Shown piece by piece: positions 1 to 11,840 of a stretch of 64,000 nt of DNA. The DNA lies in NCBI RefSeq assembly GCF_000143415.4, contig NW_003314265.1, positions 1,964,777 to 2,028,776 of the forward strand. The letters are read 5' to 3'. Both the position numbers and the translations under genes were made by a program. The DNA comes from Selaginella moellendorffii. Lineage: Eukaryota > Plantae > Lycopodiophyta. How positions within the stretch are numbered: position 1 is the stretch's first letter; every line of letters starts with the position of its first letter. Under the pieces are notes generated by a model that saw only the letters and a program-made list of their open reading frames with translations, searched no databases and was not told the origin of the DNA.

Positions 1-2199
1 AAATGATCGCACCTTGCTTCAGGATTGGAAGCTGGGCCCTGTTGGAGACAACGAATAAAATATGAAGAATCTTTCAAAGGAAGATTACCTTTGCCCGAGC
101 ACAGACGTAGAAACCACGGCCAAGATTGGGACCAGCCTTCTTAACTGTTCTCACGACACAAGGCTCACCGTGTCCCTTGCACAATGGAAGATTTCGCGAC
201 ATCAAGCTTTTCAGTCGTTCCCAGCCTGCTGCCGATTTTTCCAAGCTTTGCTGAGAGCTTTCCGTCGGTGTTTCATCTGACATATCCATCAGACTGGCAC
301 TCTCCCCGCAAGCTGCAACCTTTGACAGGTTGTTATTGTCGCATGATTCAGGTGATTGCTGGATTTCATCCGTAAGGCTGGAGCTCTGCCCATGCACTGC
401 GACCTCTGTGCAGCTCATTTTGTCAGAAGATTCATGCCTTTGATAGCAAAACCCTGTCAATCTGCTTTGTGACAGCCTCTGTAGTTTCCTGCTGCCCGTT
501 TCCTGTGTAAAAGCGGGCTTGGAAACATTTCGGCTTGTATCAGGCTCGGTGTTAGCTGTTGCTTTCTCGTTGAGCTTTTGGAAAATGGAAACTGCACCAG
601 TTAGCGCGAGCGGTTGTCAGAAACGTCCTTCGCTATAAGAAGTTACTTACGGATACTTTGCTGACGACCGCGAAGCTCAGGCATAAATCGAGCAGCCAGT
701 TGTGGAGCTTCATGTGGTGGAATGGAAGGTAAATGCTTAAGCTGCAGAATAACAGGAGCGTGATCTGAACCATCCAGTTTTAAGCTTCTCCCACCACTCC
801 ATCTGCCATAGAGAAACATCAACACTGGCAACAACTAGTCTGTCTTTTTTGCGTACCTCGGAAGGGTGTCCAGCTTTGCACGCTTAAACTCGAGAAGAAT
901 GTCACACATATCTGTTCCACACTTTGCGAATCCGTCACAGCTACTGTTATCATGCGATCCATCCGGAGACTGACAATGGCCAGCGCAGGGACCGGCAATA
1001 AGAACGTGATCAATACGACTGCCGTAGTTAAACTCCTCCGCACCCGATGCCTGAGACCAGCAAGTGTAAGCCTCTGCTCTGAACAACATGTTTATAAGCA
1101 CATATGTTTTGGCCAGACAAAACCGTGAAGAGTTACCTTTCAGGATGAAACACGCGAAACGCGTCTGAAAACGCACCGCCCTCGCTCACCAGCAATGATC
1201 TAAACCATTGACGGCTTCTGTTAAAATGAACATGTTAAAAAAGTACTAGAAATCAGTGAGTGACTTACGGACTGGTATCAAATTCTGGGCCAGGGTCACA
1301 TGAATCGATAGGATATGGAGAAATGTTCAAGTCCCCCACGATAATAATCCTCCTGCCTTGTTTTAAGATGCTTTCCAGCCTACACTGCGAATGAAGAAAA
1401 AGGTTCACAACAAACAGCAACACATCTGTCAATACCTGTAACACTTTGTAAAAGTTCAGCTTAAAGTCCTGCCGTTCAGCGTCTCCACAGCCAACATTAG
1501 GACCATAGATATTGAAGAGTACTAGGTAGAGAGAATCCATCAACAAACAGAAGAGAACAATCAGTGCGAATGAAAGCGAGGAAGCTCCATACCAAAATGC
1601 CCGTGATCCGTGACGATGCATCGGCCCTCGTTGTCCAAATCGAGAAGTTCCTGCCTCGTAAATCCTTCCACGGTTAGAACTGGATCGTAGCTTCCAAGCC
1701 AGAACTCTTTGTCACCTTCACCAGCTCTGGCACTAGTCAAGAGACCCGTAAAACCTTCCTCGGCAGCCACAGGCAACGCTACATTGTTGCCACACTCCAC
1801 CTTGCAAAACGTAGCCACACCTGACCAGCAATGCGCTTTAATCGAATGCCAAGGATGAAGAAAAGTTCTAAATCGCAAAGTCTCTACCCAGTCCAACAAT
1901 GCAAAACAATACCAAAATCATACCTGAATAGCCGAGGCGGCCTTTCTTCACGGTGCGCGTGCAAGAGATGAAGGATTCGTATCCTTGCGGTGTGGCAATA
2001 TCCGCCGTGAGCTCCTGCCTGCGAATCTTAGTCTCCTAGCTCGAGAACAAAGAACAAATCAGCAACAACAATCGAAAATCCAATCTCTCACCTGGAGGCA
2101 TATGATGTCTGCGTCGAGCGAGTCCAAGAAAGCGCGCAGCGATCTCGCTGGAGACAATCGCGCTCTCAGTCCATTCACATTGTAGCTCACGATCCTCAT
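1..2199 (-). CDS. APE2: AP endonuclease 2 (ExoIII family plus C-terminal zf-GRF), multi-exon; 3' end runs off the window
   Basis: ATG at 2199 gives [12 protein letters not shown]...DADIICLQ. Other motifs: [37 protein letters not shown] and the GRF zinc finger CKGHGEPC...[17 protein letters not shown] introns. Confidence 0.93.
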
Positions 2200-2340
2200 T
2201 TCCCCGCCCAGCCACGGAGGAGCTCAAACGAAATAGGGCAAAAGCAATCTTATACTCTATCATATCAAAGTGTTATAGTAGTTACCAAAGAAAAGAATAC
2301 AATGTATTAACTATGGAACTATGGAACGATGTCAAGTAAC

Positions 2341-3969
2341 TTACACTGGCACTGGCGAGGAGCTCGACTGCTTGGACATGAGATACGCTGTGAGAAGTGG
2401 CTCCAAATTCCCGTCCATGATTCCACTGATATCCGACGTCTCCACGTTTGTTCTCAAATCCTTGACGAGCTTGTAAGGATGGAAGACGTAGTTTCTTATT
2501 TGCTGCCCCCACTCCGCCTTGACGACGTCCCCTCGAATCTCTTTGATCTCGGCAGCCCTTTGCTCCTCGAGAATCACCAGGAGCTTGGATTTGAGCAGCG
2601 CGATTGCTTTTATCTTGTTCTGGAGTTGGCTTCTTTCCTCTAGAAACATGAAGAAAGTTTTAGAGCACTGCGCTGTTACTTCGTTTCATGTACCTGAGCA
2701 GCGAAGAGCAATCCCGGTTGGAATGTGCGTGACACGAACAGCAGTCTCGACCTTGTTCACGTTCTGCCCGCCTTTGCCTCCAGATCTACACGTTGTAATC
2801 TCAAGGTCGCCTTCGGGTATCTCCACCTCGATCTCGCTCTCTTCCAGCAGAGGCATCACTTCCACTCCTGCAAAGCTCGTCTGTGAAGAGAAGCAAACGT
2901 TGAGACAAGAGTTTCGATGAAACTACCGTTTGCCTCACCTGTCGGAGACCTTTAGAGTTGAAAGGCGATTGTCTCACCAGCCTGTGCGTGCCTTTCTCTC
3001 CGGAGATATAACCATACGCATATCTCCCGTCGATCTCGAGTGTGGCCGATTTGATCCCAGCTTCCTCGCCAGGAGAACTCTCCACCACAGTCGACTTAAA
3101 GCCCGACCTGGTAGCCCATCGCTGGTACATCCTTAGAAGCATCTCAGCCCAATCCTGTGCTGGAATGTATGTAGAACAATCTCAAACCTTCGAAAAAGAT
3201 ATCGGCACAAGATGTTACCTGCGCATCGGTTCCGCCAGCGCCTGCGGTAATAGTGATCCGAGCTCCTTCTTTGTCATAAGTTCCAGACAGGAGCTTGTTT
3301 AACTCGAACCTATCCATCGCCGCGGTGATCCACGAGACCGTCTCCGCGGCTTCCAGTTTCAGAGCAGCGTCCGGACTCTCCATTTCCTCCAAAAGTTCCA
3401 CTATGCATTGGGCATCGTCAACCTGTTCTTCCAAGTTAAAGTGCTTGTAGTTTGTCTTCTCTCAGCAAATTACCTTGGCTCGAAAAGTTTTGTAAAGATT
3501 GACGCGATCTTTGATCTCGTTGAGCTCGGAGAGTATCTTCTGTGCCTTGGAACGCTCTTCCCAAAACGCTGGATCGCTCGCTTGGTTCTCCAGGTCGGCC
3601 AGAACAGCTTCCTGTTGCTCCAGGTCTGCCGAATCGAGGAGCTGGCGAACGCGAGCGGCCACATTCTCTACATCCTTCCTCAAACTGTAAAATTCTGCCG
3701 AGTTTGATCGATTCATCAGCCTTAGCTCCTAGAGAATCGAGACACTTACCTAGCTCTGTCACGGATTGACTGCCAGTATCTAAAGCAGCACATACCGTCC
3801 ATGAAATCGATGACATTCTCTTCCTCCCCTCGAGAGCTTGCTCATGGAATCGAGTCCTTGCACAAAATCCAGTATCCACTGAGAACCTCTTGGATACCTG
3901 CGAGGGCAACTGGAGGCGCTGCTGTGTTGTCGGCGCCATAGCCAAGGCGCTCGCTCTCAAAGCCTCCAT
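2341..3969 (-). CDS. prfB: Organellar (probably plastid) peptide chain release factor 2, multi-exon
   Basis: [22 protein letters not shown] (RF2 SPF motif), [18 protein letters not shown] (GGQ), [18 protein letters not shown]. The N-terminus looks like a transit peptide. Confidence 0.93.
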
Positions 3970-4038
3970 GGCAAACGGAAACTAGGGTTTTAGGCTAGAT
4001 AGAAATATTTCGGTCCTCTGTTTTTAGGGCTATGGGCT

Positions 4039-4897
4039 ATGGCGCTCCTCTCTCCCGTCGCAATGCCGCTCCGGCTGAGGAGTCCAGGCACACGGCCGGA
4101 GCTCTCCACGAAATCGATAGCTGTTTCGTGCTGCTGGAGCGAAGAATCGCGAGGAGCGAGAAGAATGCAGGCACTGGTTGCTTTGGCCGGATCGATTTTG
4201 CTCGCCGCGCAGCCTGCCTGGGCAAATGCTGATCCTGTGACGCCGTATTCTCGAGCGCAGGAGCCTCCGGAGATGGGATTATTGGACGGGTGAGTGATTC
4301 ACGAAAATCTCCTTTTCTCTGGACCAAGCTTGCAAATATTTCTTGCTCGCAGGAGAATTCGTCCGTGTCCACTGGACATTAATCCCAATTGCATCTCCAC
4401 TTCTTCGAGATATGGAGCCTCCGCGGCGATTCCGTGGACGATTCCAGACAAGGATTCTTCTACCGCTATCCAGGTAGAAGAATTCTCTCTTTCACTTTCT
4501 TAATGTCTATCGATCTTCCAGAAAATCAAGGACGCAATCCTGTCTACCGAGAAGAATCCAACCATTGTGGAAATCAAACACTTAGAAAATGGTATAGCAA
4601 TGGATCTATAGCTTGAATCGATCGAAGCTCAACTAAGTTTGTTCCAAAATCTCTCCAGGTGGTGACTACCTCCTGGCCGAGATGGATGGATTTTTGGGAC
4701 GAGACGCCATCGAGTTCCTGGTGAAGAACAACACGGTGACTTACAGATCAATCGCAAAGAAAGTGGTCTACATCTATCCTCTCACCACGCCGCTCACCGA
4801 TTTTGGCAAGCAACAGAGTAGAATCGTGTCCCTGGAAAATCGCCTCGGATGGACATCGCCATCGTTCCAGGGCTTTGGCGATTACCCAGAAGAATAG
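4039..4897 (+). CDS. Thylakoid lumenal 17.9 kDa-like (DUF1499-type) protein, multi-exon
   Basis: Bipartite transit peptide with RR...AQPAWA. Also GLLDG|RIRPCP..NPNCISTS, and a C-terminal VTYRS...YIYPLTTPLTDFGKQQSR...LGW. Confidence 0.72.
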
Positions 4898-4991
4898 CGA
4901 CGCATTTAAAAATGAAAGAATATCCTCAAGTATATATTCTAGGTTTCGAAGAGCCCTAAAATCCCAGGTTAGGGCTTTCGCGCTCGGGAGG

Positions 4992-6245
4992 ATGGACGCG
5001 CTCAAGCAGGAGATCGAGCGCAAGCGCAAGCAAATGCAGGAGGAATTCGGGAGCCGCAAGTTCGTGAAGCGCGCGGAGTTGGAGAAGAAGGAGCTAGAGA
5101 AGCGGCGGAGGGAGGAGGAGGCGGCGGCGGCCAGAGCTAGGGCGGCGGGCAGCAGCAAGGGCGGCGAGGTGAGGAGCGATGACCAGAGCAGCGAGCGGCC
5201 GTCGGCGTCGGCGACGTCGTCGAAATCCCGGGTAAATCTCAGCGAGGACGAGAAGCTGGACGATCTCGTCCTCCCAAACGCGGAGGTGATCCGCCGCCTC
5301 CGCCTCCTCAAGCAGCCCATCACGCTGTTTGGCGAGGACGATGAAATGCGGCTGGAGAGGCTCAAGGTGGCGCTCCGGGCGGGGGTGACCGACACGGACA
5401 GCGAGCTCATGGAGGGCCAGAGGAACGATTTCCTCATGGATCTGGCGGAGCTCAAGAAGAGGGAGAAGCACGGATTGGAGCCCAGGAAGGAGAAGAACAA
5501 GGAGAAGGAGGACGACGATCGCGGAGACGATAACGCCGGGGGAGAAGCGCTGGATGGCGAGAGCGGCGGAGACAAGGACAAGGATCTCCTCATGAAGGCC
5601 AACTTCGAGGAGCTGTGCGACGAGGACAAGATCCTGGTCTTCTTCAAGAGGCTTATCCAGGAATGGGAGCAAGAGATCAAGGCGCGGCCCGACGCCGAGA
5701 AGCGAGGTGGTCGGATTGTCGCTACTTTCAAGCAGTGCTCCAGATATCTCAAGCCTCTGTTCAAGCTGTGCTCCAAGAAGGTAACGCTTTGATACTCTCT
5801 CGCAAGCTTTTCTAGTTGGTTTCTCTCCGGAGATGGATTTTTTCATGGTTTTTCTCCCTTGCAGCTTCTTCCGGATGATATCCGGCAGGCTTTGGTGATC
5901 GTGGTGGACTGCTGCCGGAGGCGCGACTACCTGGCCGCCATGGACCAGTACATCAAGCTCGCGATTGGAAACGCTCCCTGGCCGATCGGTGTCACCATGG
6001 TTGGCATCCACGAGCGGTCGGCGCGCGAGAAGATCTACGCCAACAGCGTGGCTCACATCATGAACGACGAGACAACGCGGAAGTACCTCCAGTCGATCAA
6101 GCGGCTCATGACGCTTTGCCAGCGACGGTATCCTTCGCTCCCCTCTCGCGCGGTGGAGTTTAACAGCCTCGCAAATGGTAGCGATCTCCAGACGCTCCTG
6201 GATGAGGAGCAAAAGCTTCTGGAAGGGACTCATCATCAATCATAA
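4992..6245 (+). CDS. PRP18: Pre-mRNA splicing factor 18 (2 exons; intron about 5781-5864)
   Basis: MDALKQEI...; PRP4-like EVIRRLRLLKQPITLFGE; Prp18 domain AIGNAPWPIGVTMVGIHERSAREKI...HIMNDETTRKYLQSIKRL. Confidence 0.95.
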
Positions 6246-6643
6246 AAAATAAACACAGATTGCAAATCCCATAACCTCGGAAGATTTTTGCAAAAGAGAG
6301 ATCTCTTTTTGGATCTTAGTGTTAATGTCACTACCAGATCATCTCCAGTGCTAGAGATACCTGATGATTTAGTGACAAAGCATGCCACCTTGAGTATCAA
6401 TGTAGAGATCTGGAAATCACAAAAAGTGACAAACAAACAAACACGATTTCCATGTGTTAGATTTAGAATCTTTTTAGTGATTCCGGGTAAATGTAATCTT
6501 GGATTAGGAAGGTCTAATGTTAAAATATCTTTGGGTCAAAATTTCAAACTTTGGCGCCAAGACGTAAGCTTAACGCTTATTTAAATTGCGCTTTACTTGA
6601 CTGAGCAGATGCGCGGATATTCTCCTCCCAACGGTTACTTTCA

Positions 6644-6684
6644 CACGTGGCGGTTTATGGTCCCCACCCTGCGCGACACGTGGC
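6644..6684 (+). promoter_or_regulatory. Pair of G-box/ABRE elements (CACGTGGC)
   Basis: Two exact CACGTGGC at 6644 and 6677, upstream of the WD40 gene. Confidence 0.4.
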
Positions 6685-7354
6685 CAGCGGTAGCCCCGTT
6701 GATTTCGTAAACCCCCACGCGCGTTTGCCGCCTAAACATGCTTTAGGGTTTGTGGGGTGCTCTGTTTCTAGGGCTTTTGGCGATGGCGGGGCAGAATGGA
6801 GCCCACGGACTGGGTGGAATGCTGCTAACGCTACCGTGATCAATACGTTGGATTCCCTTCTCTTTGTTTTTTCTTTGCTCTCTCGCCGCGGAGAAAGAGT
6901 GCTGTGGGCTTTTTCTTCCTCTTTTTCCTGTTTCTCTCGCTTTTCCTCTTGATCCGTTGCGTCCAGGAGAGAGAAACCGAGGAATCGAAGGCGCTGTGCC
7001 ACGGAGAATCGAGCGGCAATCGGGCATTGCAATCGCTTTCTCGTCGCTGGTGATGCTCGCTGTTCTTGTTTTCCCCCAGTTTTCGGTTTGGAGCAGTACT
7101 TGGAACGACTTTTCCTTTCCTTGGGAACGATCTGTTTGATCGAAGAGATTCCTTCTTGTTTTCCCTGTGCTTTGGGTGTCGATCGGTTTTGGAGAACATC
7201 TTTACGTTGTCAGCGTCCGGTGGGTCGTTTCAAGGGAGTTTTCCCTCTTTTTCTGTCCTGGAAGATCACGCATTTGTTGTGTGGGGTGTGGAACAAAGCG
7301 ATCATCTTCGCCAATAGAGAAGACTTGAGTGTGAAGAAAGGAAGCTAGCTAGCT

Positions 7355-8809
7355 ATGGTCGGATCGATGAAGAAGAGGAGCTTCGCGTGCTTTCCATCCA
7401 GCTCCGCCTCGATTGCAATGGCCTCCTCGTCCTTCTGCGACCCATTCGACGATCTCCCCATCTCGGACTCCATCTCGGACACCACCACCTCCGACAAGGA
7501 TCAATCCGAGCAGCAGCAGCAGCAGTTCCTCCTCGCCACCGCGATCGATCAACCCCGCCCCAGCAGCTCCTCCAGATCCTCCGCGGGCTTCCGCTGCCTC
7601 CTCTCCTTCAAGCCCCACGCGTCTGGCATCTGCGCGCTCGCCATCTCCGACCACTCGCTCTACTCGGGCTCCGAGGATGGCCTCGTCTGCTCGTATCGCC
7701 TCGCCGATCTCCAGCCCAGCGATCGCCTCGCCGCTGCCTCCTCGGGCTCCGTCAAGGCCCTCCTCGTACGCCGCGCCGGCCTCGAGATCTACAGCGCCCA
7801 CCAGGATCACAAGATCCGGGCTTGGAGCCGGGCATCGCCATCGCCACCATCGCAGCACCGCTTGATCGCCACACTCCCCACCATCCGGGACGTGGTGGCG
7901 ACCTCCATCCGCGGCAGCAAGGGCCTGGTGAGGATCCGGCGCCACCGCAAGAGCCCCTGGAACCAGCACTTCGACACCATCTCGTCGCTGGCCGTGGACG
8001 AGGCCGCCGGGATCCTCTACTCGGGCTCCTGGGACCGATCGCTCAAGGCGTGGCGGCTGCGCGACCTGCGCTGCCTGGAATCCATCGGGGACGCTCACAC
8101 GGACGCGATCAACGCGCTGGCGGTGGCGCCGCGAGGTGGGTTCCTGTTCTCGGCCTCGGCGGACTCGTCGGTCAAGGTGTGGAGGCGGGGGAAGTGCGAT
8201 CGATCGAGGAAGAACCACAAGAACACGAAGGGATTGAGCGATGGCCTGAGCTTCGTGGTGGAGCTCGCGCAGCCCAGCCCCGTGAATTGCATCGCGCTGT
8301 GGGGGAGCTGGGTCTACGCGGGGTGCAGCGATGGGAGGATCTCGGTGTGGATGGTGGCGATCGAGCAGGAGGACGAAGCATCGCCTCCGCGAGGAGCAGA
8401 GGACCCATCATCGTCGGAGTCCGGGGAAGAGGAAAACCAGGGAATTAGGGTTCTTCGCGAAGAGCCAGAGATTAGGGTTTATCGCGAGGAATTTGCGGCG
8501 CTGTGCGGGCATTCCATGTCAGTGCTGTCGATCTCGGCGGCGCGCGACGTCGTGTGCAGCGGATCCGCGGATCGGACAATCCGGGTGTGGAGGCGCGAGG
8601 ACGAGCGGCATTCCTGCGTGTGCGTGGTCCAGGATTTGCACAGCCGCTGCCCGATCAAGAGCGTCATCGTCTCGATCGAGGGGATTGTGGACGGATGCAT
8701 GGTCTACAGCGGCGGGCTGGATGGATTCCTCAAGGCGTGGTGGGTGTCGCTGAGGAGCAAGCCCAAGATCTTTGGCGAGAGCCCTTGCTCTGTTCTAGAC
8801 TATCGGTGA
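7355..8809 (+). CDS. Intronless WD40-repeat protein (JINGUBANG-like family)
   Basis: 484-aa ORF with family motifs IYSAHQDHKIRAW, LYSGSWDRSLKAW, AHTDAINAL, SASADSSVKVW, CSGSADRTIRVW, YSGGLDG. Confidence 0.88.
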   Translation: MVGSMKKRSFACFPSSSASIAMASSSFCDPFDDLPISDSISDTTTSDKDQSEQQQQQFLLATAIDQPRPSSSSRSSAGFRCLLSFKPHASGICALAISDHSLYSGSEDGLVCSYRLADLQPSDRLAAASSGSVKALLVRRAGLEIYSAHQDHKIRAWSRASPSPPSQHRLIATLPTIRDVVATSIRGSKGLVRIRRHRKSPWNQHFDTISSLAVDEAAGILYSGSWDRSLKAWRLRDLRCLESIGDAHTDAINALAVAPRGGFLFSASADSSVKVWRRGKCDRSRKNHKNTKGLSDGLSFVVELAQPSPVNCIALWGSWVYAGCSDGRISVWMVAIEQEDEASPPRGAEDPSSSESGEEENQGIRVLREEPEIRVYREEFAALCGHSMSVLSISAARDVVCSGSADRTIRVWRREDERHSCVCVVQDLHSRCPIKSVIVSIEGIVDGCMVYSGGLDGFLKAWWVSLRSKPKIFGESPCSVLDYR

Positions 8810-8924
8810 GAGAGAGACACGCTCGTAGAGAAAAAAGTTTTTCTTAGTGTTTGGCACCTAGAAAGAAATCTCAGATGTAACCAAAATGCCTGCTTGATCG
8901 ATTCATGGGTGCTCGAGCGCTTCT

Positions 8925-9472
8925 CTATGTGGCCGCGGACGCTGGAGCTTTCTTCTGGAGAGGCTCTCCTAGGGAAAAAGCAAGAAGAACGAGCTTAGAA
9001 CACATATTGGTCGATCGATCGATCAATCCGTGGCAAGCGGCAAATCCTCTTTCATTAGCCCCGGCTAGACACCGATGACACTGAAATGGATGCGCTAGCA
9101 GTAGTACCTTCTCTGAAGTTGCTCTTGAATCGCCTGGGGAGATGGCGCAGGTACCTCATCCGCCCGGTTCCAGTGGTCTTGCGCCGGATCGCCTTCTCGC
9201 TCCAGTTATCTACACACGAGAGATTTCGAGATTTCGTGAGCTCGCGGATCCACAAGGGAGAAGTCTCCTCACATTTTCGGATGCGCTTGGCAGGGTAGGC
9301 GCACGCCGCGCATCTGGCCTTCTGGATGTGGAAGCTGCGCCGGCCGCAGCGGCGGCAGAGCGTGTGCGATTTGTTCCGGCGCTTGCCGAAGCTCCCGGTT
9401 CCCTTGCCCTGGAAGAACACGAATCGAGAAGAATCAAGACGAGCGGAGGACGCGAAAGAGGAGCATTACCAT
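8925..9472 (-). CDS. RPL37: 60S ribosomal protein L37 (eL37), 4 exons, first exon is ATG only
   Basis: [37 protein letters not shown]; [20 protein letters not shown]; last exon ends ...KKAPASAAT* at 8925. Confidence 0.93.
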
Positions 9473-9489
9473 AGCCGCGAGCCGCCCAC

Positions 9490-9511
9490 AAACCCTAAAA
9501 CCCTAACCCTA
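9490..9511. promoter_or_regulatory. Tandem telo-box (AAACCCTA) elements upstream of RPL37
   Basis: aaaccctaaaaccctaacccta lies about 20 nt from the ATG. Telo-boxes are typical of plant ribosomal protein promoters. Confidence 0.65.
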
Positions 9512-9544
9512 TATCCGACGGTAGTAAAGGGAGCTCTGCGTGTT

Positions 9545-10885
9545 TTAGGGCAAAGCGGTATAGATTTTAAACTTCCCGTCTAGGGCGCTGCTATAGACAG
9601 TGTAGGAGGAGCTCTCGCGATCGCGGGCCATGGCGAGCGATTTCACGGGCGCACAGTGCAAATCCAGCGCGGCCACGCAGCAATGGCCCCGCCAGATCCT
9701 CACGCTCTTGTCCGCGGAGCCGCTGCACAGGAGCTCGCCGTCGATGGTCGCCGCCAGGCACAGCACCGCTCGCCTGTGCCCTCTCAGGATCTCCACCACC
9801 CTCAGATCGTGGAGATTCTCGTTCGATCGCGCCCACACTCTCACGGTCTTGTCGCCCGATCCCGAGTAGAGGAGAGTAGAATCGCGGCTGAGCAGCAATG
9901 CGTTGACGGCCGAAGAGTGATCGTGGAAGCTGGCGGCGAGGCGGTGCTTGATCTTGCGGTGATCTGATGACTCCCAGGCTCTGATCTCGCCGCTGGCGGA
10001 GGCCGAGTAGAGTGTCGTCAATCCATCGCCATCACAAGAAGCCACCGCGAGCGCATTCACTGCGTCGTCGTGAGCCGTGAAGGATTCCACGCACTTGATG
10101 GCGATGGAGGAGGAGCTGGAGGATGCGGCGATCCTCCACACCTTGATGGACTTGTCCCAGGATCCCGAGTAGAGGATCTTCCCAGAAGAACTGATTGCTA
10201 GCGCCGAGATAGCGTCCCTGTGCTGGACGAGCTTGGTGGAGTCCGAGGCGTCCGATCGTCGTTTTCGTCTTGGAAGGCGATGGCTATGGTGCTGCTGCTG
10301 CTGCTGCTGGTCGCGGTCGCGACTCATGGAAAGCGATCGGAAACACATTCTATCCTGGAGGCTTGGTAGCGTTGCGGAGAGCTCGTGCTTGACGACCATG
10401 AGCTCGTCCTGGCTCTCGGCGATCCTTCTCGTCCACACTCTGATCTTCATATCGCGATGGGCGGTGAAAACTCTGGCGCCGCTCGCGAGGATTGCTCTCA
10501 CCGGTGGGGTTTTGGGAGCAAGGCTGCCAACTGTGGACAATTCCCTGCTGCTACAGTCGAGCACGTCGATCCGCCGGGAGATGGAAGTGTTTGATGACAC
10601 GTAAAGGAAACAGTGATCCCCTTCGGTGGAGGCGAGTGCCATAGCCACGGCTTGATCGCCGGGAAAGCTTGTTACACACTCCAAATTAGCTCTGCGATCG
10701 CACCTGGAAGACGAGGAGGAAGACGAGGATGCCGAGCTGCGATCGTCTCGGCTGCTTGATCGCGACGATAATTTGCTGCCGCTGTTGCAGCTACTACCGC
10801 TCGTGCTAGATGATGAGAACTTGTCCAGTGGTTCCTTCGCCTTGGAGCCAGACTTGAGATGTTTGGAGAGCGCCAAGCACTTCAT
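9545..10885 (-). CDS. Intronless WD40-repeat protein (JINGUBANG-like paralog)
   Basis: VFTAHRDMKIRVW, LYSGSWDKSIKVW, AHDDAVNAL, GHRRAVLCL, CSGSADKSVRIW, YSSALDG. First ATG is at 10885. Confidence 0.86.
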   Translation of the reverse strand: MKCLALSKHLKSGSKAKEPLDKFSSSSTSGSSCNSGSKLSSRSSSRDDRSSASSSSSSSSRCDRRANLECVTSFPGDQAVAMALASTEGDHCFLYVSSNTSISRRIDVLDCSSRELSTVGSLAPKTPPVRAILASGARVFTAHRDMKIRVWTRRIAESQDELMVVKHELSATLPSLQDRMCFRSLSMSRDRDQQQQQQHHSHRLPRRKRRSDASDSTKLVQHRDAISALAISSSGKILYSGSWDKSIKVWRIAASSSSSSIAIKCVESFTAHDDAVNALAVASCDGDGLTTLYSASASGEIRAWESSDHRKIKHRLAASFHDHSSAVNALLLSRDSTLLYSGSGDKTVRVWARSNENLHDLRVVEILRGHRRAVLCLAATIDGELLCSGSADKSVRIWRGHCCVAALDLHCAPVKSLAMARDRESSSYTVYSSALDGKFKIYTALP

Positions 10886-11442
10886 GATTGAAGCTAAGAT
10901 CCTGGACCCGGAGAACACAGGTTTTAAGAGGAATCTCACCCGGAGATAAGGATCTAGCACGGGAAAAGAGAAGTTCCACAAAAGTCGCCACCATTGTGTT
11001 GACATTTAAACGGACGAGAAGTCTAACAAGACGCTGGCTTGGCTGGCTGGAAACAAACAATCAAGAACAAAAGGAGGTGGAGGACGTGTTTTCGGGAAGA
11101 AAATCCGCGAGAAATGTGTGCTAGCTATCGAAAAATCACCACAGCGCCGCATTGGGCCGCACTTTGGCTTGAAAGTCTCGATTAAAAGTAAAATGTGTCG
11201 CGATTGGGTTTGCAGGACATGATATTTTTTGCCTTCGAAGTTCTGGGGATTCACGCAAAATCAAACACATCAAAAAGTGCTAGATTGATACGAGAGTTTC
11301 TTAGCCACTGTTTTTGGTCGAGCTGTTTGTTTGTGATTGGACGCCCGCGTGATTCCTTTCCCTGGAAGAAATAGACACACAAGATTTCTGAGCTTTAGTA
11401 GACATGGTCCACGAGCCTTTTCCTGGAGCCTGGAAGGGAAAG

Positions 11443-11640
11443 TTTTTACGTGGACGGAAGTGAGAGAGAGACAGTAAACTTCTACGTATAGCTACGCCGC
11501 CCTCTTCTTGAACTTATATCAGGCTGTGCTGACTGCAAGGTGACCAGAGTGTGAGATCGTACCTTTTCATCCAGGTAGTGCTTCAGCTAGCCGCTTTGAT
11601 CCTGTTTCTTGTCCTCCCGGCTCTTCCATAATTCTAGAAT
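11443..11640 (-). pseudogene. Degenerate copy of the RAD50 3' end (last exons plus 3' flank)
   Basis: Collinear blocks match 46241-46521: tttttacgtggacgg, tcttgaactt.tatcaggctgtgctg.ctgcaaggtgac.agagtgt, gctcttccataat.ctag. Confidence 0.75.
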
Positions 11641-11840
11641 CTAGAGTTGAATACAAGTTTTGTGACCCTCCCCAGCAAAATCCACCAGTGCCAAGGAAAA
11701 CTTCGTATATCAAATCAAATCAGATCCATTGCTCCAGAGGTTCTGGAGGTTAAGAACAGCAACGATTTCCGGTGCAAATTGTTGCTAGTAGACCTCTGAT
11801 TGAACTGCTTCTCTTTGTCATTCCTTTTAGTCAACAGCAA

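Noticed and set aside
4748-6239. Long minus-strand ORFs opposite PRP18 (similarly opposite the WD40 and PPR genes)
   Set aside because: Shadow ORFs of GC-rich coding sequence.
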